Below, piece by piece: positions 49,771-52,830 of a stretch of 52,830 bases of DNA. The translations under genes were made by a program, and so were the position numbers. Origin of the DNA: Candidatus Omnitrophota bacterium (GTDB lineage Bacteria > Omnitrophota > Gorgyraeia > Gygaellales > Profunditerraquicolaceae); contig JAMWCL010000003.1 of NCBI GenBank assembly GCA_023819035.1, forward strand, positions 1-52,830, in the 5' to 3' direction. The stretch's first letter is position 1; every line of letters begins with the position of its first letter. The notes beneath the pieces are model-generated. The model saw nothing but the letters and a program-made list of their open reading frames with translations, was not told the origin of the DNA and did not search any database.

Positions 49771-50253
49771 TTATACCTCCTTGGTTAATGTCACCACCGC
49801 ATACGAAGCGATCGCCTCTTTTCTACCAATCTCACCTAAGCCTTCGTTGGTCTTTGCTTTAATACTAATACAGTCCTGATTAACTCCGAGAATTTGACCT
49901 ATTCTTTCTTTTATCTGGTTTTTAAAAGGTGAAAGGATTGGTTCTTGGGCAATTATTACCGTATCCAGATTATTTATATAGAATCCTTTTTCTTTTACTA
50001 AGTTATTTACCCTTTTTAATAATTCTATACTAGAAATATTGTGATATTCAGGATAACTGTCTGGAAAATGCTGACCGATATCTACCTCACCTATAGCACC
50101 TAAGAGCGCATCACAGATAGCATGCAGCAATACATCACCATCAGAATGCCCGAGTAAACCTTTTAAATAAGGAATCTCTACCCCACCGATAAATAACCTG
50201 CGTCCCTCTACCAAACGATGAATATCATAACCCATTCCTATACGGTAATTCAT
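49771..50253 (-). CDS. ispF: 2-C-methyl-D-erythritol 2,4-cyclodiphosphate synthase
   Basis: GYDIH, GHSDGDVLLHA, DIG.HFPD, KAKTNE. Confidence 0.96.
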   Translation of the reverse strand: MNYRIGMGYDIHRLVEGRRLFIGGVEIPYLKGLLGHSDGDVLLHAICDALLGAIGEVDIGQHFPDSYPEYHNISSIELLKRVNNLVKEKGFYINNLDTVIIAQEPILSPFKNQIKERIGQILGVNQDCISIKAKTNEGLGEIGRKEAIASYAVVTLTKEV

Positions 50254-50258
50254 AATTA

Positions 50259-50951
50259 TTATTTTGTTAAATTTGCAATCGCTTTAGCAAATATCAGATC
50301 TTCCGAAGTGGTGATCTTAATATTCTTATATGAGCCGAAAACAACAGCTGGTTTAACCCCTAATTTCTCCACCAATGCTGAATCATCAGTAACATCGATA
50401 TTACCAAATTGTTGATATGCTTTAAGAATCAGTTCTTTTCTAAAAACCTGGGGGGTCTGGATCTCCCAGAGATTATCCCTTGATAGCGTTTCTTCAACAG
50501 TAACTTTATCCGCTTTTATCTTAACCTGCTTAACCGTAGCCTTCACTGGCACACCCAAGATTGCTGCACCACAATCATTTGCCTCTTCTATTAATGTAGA
50601 AATAAGCTTATGATTAATAAATGGCCTTACCCCATCATGAATCAATACTAATTTTGTATCTTTATTTATTAACTTAAGCCCTGCTTTAACTGAGTCCTGT
50701 CGCCTTATTCCTCCTAAGACTACTGCCTTTATCTTTCCGATCCTATATTTTTTTATCTTATGAATAATTGCTTCCTTATTCATTCTATTAACCACTACTA
50801 TAATCTCACCTATGCGGGGATGATTAGCTAATACCTTAAGACACTGAATGATTATTGGTTGATTATTAATTCTTATTAAAGGTTTAGGTATTTTTAGCTT
50901 GCTCCTTACTCCTTTGCCAGCAGCAAGGACTATAGCAGTTACCGAGATCAT
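50259..50951 (-). CDS. ispD: 2-C-methyl-D-erythritol 4-phosphate cytidylyltransferase
   Basis: [34 protein letters not shown]. Confidence 0.95.
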   Translation of the reverse strand: MISVTAIVLAAGKGVRSKLKIPKPLIRINNQPIIIQCLKVLANHPRIGEIIVVVNRMNKEAIIHKIKKYRIGKIKAVVLGGIRRQDSVKAGLKLINKDTKLVLIHDGVRPFINHKLISTLIEEANDCGAAILGVPVKATVKQVKIKADKVTVEETLSRDNLWEIQTPQVFRKELILKAYQQFGNIDVTDDSALVEKLGVKPAVVFGSYKNIKITTSEDLIFAKAIANLTK

Positions 50952-51928
50952 TTGACTAACCTAGTAAAGATCATCCTACCTGCTTGGGTCTGTAATACCG
51001 AGGTGACTACTACCTTTACCTCCTGTCCAATGTAACGGCGCGCTTCCTCAACTACCACCATCGTCCCATCATCAAGGTAACCGACTGCCTGATTATATTC
51101 CTTGCCCTCTTTAATTAATTTAATCTCCATCTCCTCGCCCGGAAAGACTACAGGTTTTAGGGCATTGGCTAATTCATTTATATTGAGGACTCTTACCTCC
51201 TGGAGACTAGCTACACGGTTAAGATTAAAATCTACAGTTAATATCCTTGCATCCAAAAGCTTAGCCAGCTTTACTAATTTAGTATCTACATCAGGAAGCT
51301 CGGGAAAGTCCTCTTCATGCAAGGTTATACCCTGACCGATCTCCTTTTGGATGATATGCAAGATATCCAGGCCACGCCTTCCTCTTTGGCGCTTTATAGG
51401 ATCGGTGGAATCAGCGATCTGCTGTAATTCTCTTAAAACGAATTTCGGGATAACAATCTTACCTTCAATAAATCTCGTCTTACAAATATCTACTATTCTA
51501 CCATCGATAATCACACTTGTATCAAGGATAATTACCTCTTCACTTTGGGCTTGACGTTTAAGTCTTATATAAGGAATAATGATATTAAATTCGTCTTTGC
51601 CTCTTAAAGCTAAAACCATCCCTAAATAACAAAAAATTAAGATTGAACTAACACGGATAAGATTAAGTGTATCCGCAGATATCCGTAAAAGACTTACTGC
51701 ATCAGTAACCAATTTTGCAATAATTAATCCCAAGATTAAACCAAATACTGAACTGGATAATCCTCTTACTGAAACACGTCGCATCATTGTCTCCAAACCA
51801 ATAACTAAAAGACCAGCTAAAGCACCAATAAAAACCCCTAAAATACCTTTTCCCATTGGCTCTAAGGTAAAAAAACCGATAAAAATACTGCCAATAATAA
51901 AAAGAATCCTGACGAATAATAAATTCAT
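50948..51928 (-). CDS. Membrane PIN/TRAM domain protein (YacL family)
   Basis: N-terminal TMs, [42 protein letters not shown]. Confidence 0.92.
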   Translation of the reverse strand: MNLLFVRILFIIGSIFIGFFTLEPMGKGILGVFIGALAGLLVIGLETMMRRVSVRGLSSSVFGLILGLIIAKLVTDAVSLLRISADTLNLIRVSSILIFCYLGMVLALRGKDEFNIIIPYIRLKRQAQSEEVIILDTSVIIDGRIVDICKTRFIEGKIVIPKFVLRELQQIADSTDPIKRQRGRRGLDILHIIQKEIGQGITLHEEDFPELPDVDTKLVKLAKLLDARILTVDFNLNRVASLQEVRVLNINELANALKPVVFPGEEMEIKLIKEGKEYNQAVGYLDDGTMVVVEEARRYIGQEVKVVVTSVLQTQAGRMIFTRLVK

Positions 51929-51946
51929 TGTATATTCTCCTCCTTT

Positions 51947-52830
51947 CTATTTAGATAATCCGATTATATCTATTGCTTCTTTTAATGTAGAAACACCAAC
52001 CAATTCCATATTCGATTTCTTGCTCTGCTTATTAATTAATTCTGATTTTAAATAATGATTAAGATTTCTAAAGTTATTTTTTGGTAATACGCAATACTTA
52101 AATCCTAATCTCTCTGCCTCATTAATACGGAGAATAACCTGAGAAACACTTCTTATCTCTCCCGAAAGACCAATCTCACCAAAGACTACCGTCTCTGATT
52201 TAATCGGTCTTTCTCCAAAGGCAGAACTAACTGCTAAGGCTACAGCTAAATCTGCAGCAGGATCCTCTATCTTTATTCCACCCGCTACATTGATAAATAT
52301 ATCTTCATTTATAAGATTAAGACCAATTCTTTTTTCTAAAACCGCAACTAATAAACTTAACCGATTAAAATCAAAACCCTGAGCCCTTCTCCGTGCATAG
52401 CCAAAACTAGATCTGCTTACTAAAGCCTGTACCTCTACCAGAAGTGGTCGCGAGCCCTCCAAAAGACAGGTAACCACTGAACCCGGGACATCAGTAGGCC
52501 TTTCTGATAAGAATAGCTGTGAAGGATTCTTGACCTCCTTCAGACCTATCTGTGTCATCTCAAATACCCCGATCTCATTAGTTGAGCCAAATCTATTTTT
52601 TACTGCCCGCAAGATCCGGTAAGTAGAGAATCTATCTCCTTCAAAATAAAGTACGGTATCAACAATATGTTCTAAGACCCTTGGTCCGGCAAGCGTACCT
52701 TCTTTAGTTACATGACCGATAATAAAGACAGATATCCCTTTTGTCTTTGCTAATTGCGTAAGAATACCAGCACATTCCCTTACCTGACTGACACTACCCG
52801 GCGAAGAATTAATGGAAGGCTCAAAAAGCA
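51947..52830 (-). CDS. radA: DNA repair protein RadA/Sms, 3' part (start lies beyond window end)
   Basis: Frame continues upstream of the tracked ORF: IGHVTKEGTLAGPRVLEHIVDTVLYFEG...KNRFG; Lon-like C-domain. Confidence 0.96.
   Translation of the reverse strand, partial: LFEPSINSSPGSVSQVRECAGILTQLAKTKGISVFIIGHVTKEGTLAGPRVLEHIVDTVLYFEGDRFSTYRILRAVKNRFGSTNEIGVFEMTQIGLKEVKNPSQLFLSERPTDVPGSVVTCLLEGSRPLLVEVQALVSRSSFGYARRRAQGFDFNRLSLLVAVLEKRIGLNLINEDIFINVAGGIKIEDPAADLAVALAVSSAFGERPIKSETVVFGEIGLSGEIRSVSQVILRINEAERLGFKYCVLPKNNFRNLNHYLKSELINKQSKKSNMELVGVSTLKEAIDIIGLSK

Noticed and set aside
49768-49800. T-box or other riboswitch before cysE-cysS or metG
   Set aside because: Genes abut or overlap, leaving no leader space, and no T-box motif was seen.

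Overview
AT-rich, very gene-dense bacterial core-genome segment. About 50 CDS lie almost all on the minus strand; the only plus-strand block is comF-lptF-lptG. The organism is a diderm with LPS export genes (lptD, lptF, lptG). Gene style and order suggest a PVC-superphylum lineage such as Ca. Omnitrophota, which is inference only. Contents: two chaperone loci (merR-groES-groEL and merR-hsp20-clpB-hrcA-grpE-dnaK-dnaJ-fmdB) with three CIRCE operators; cvpA-nif3-dnaG-rpoD; a ROK-tal-lptD-nucleotide-sugar operon; an orphan MalK-like ATPase followed by two membrane diguanylate cyclases; tRNA-modification genes (miaA, miaB, tsaB, tsaE); and a radA-yacL-ispDF-cysE-cysS-tmk-holB-ricT-metG-tatD block. 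No rRNA, tRNA or CRISPR array was seen. Most notable signals: (1) a perfect 13-bp inverted repeat bracketing hsp20 in its 5' and 3' UTRs; (2) a decayed, internally deleted IS481-like element whose two ends each supply a TTGACA -35 box exactly 17 bp from a flanking -10, one of them in front of comF-lptFG; (3) twin HspR-like MerR genes placed between a strong promoter and a CIRCE; (4) the MalK-DGC-DGC unit, with a likely CTG start; (5) archaeal-type DnaK/DnaJ, a short HrcA, a TRAM-less MiaB and a CysE with a hydrophobic N-terminal anchor; (6) several apparently leaderless promoters.
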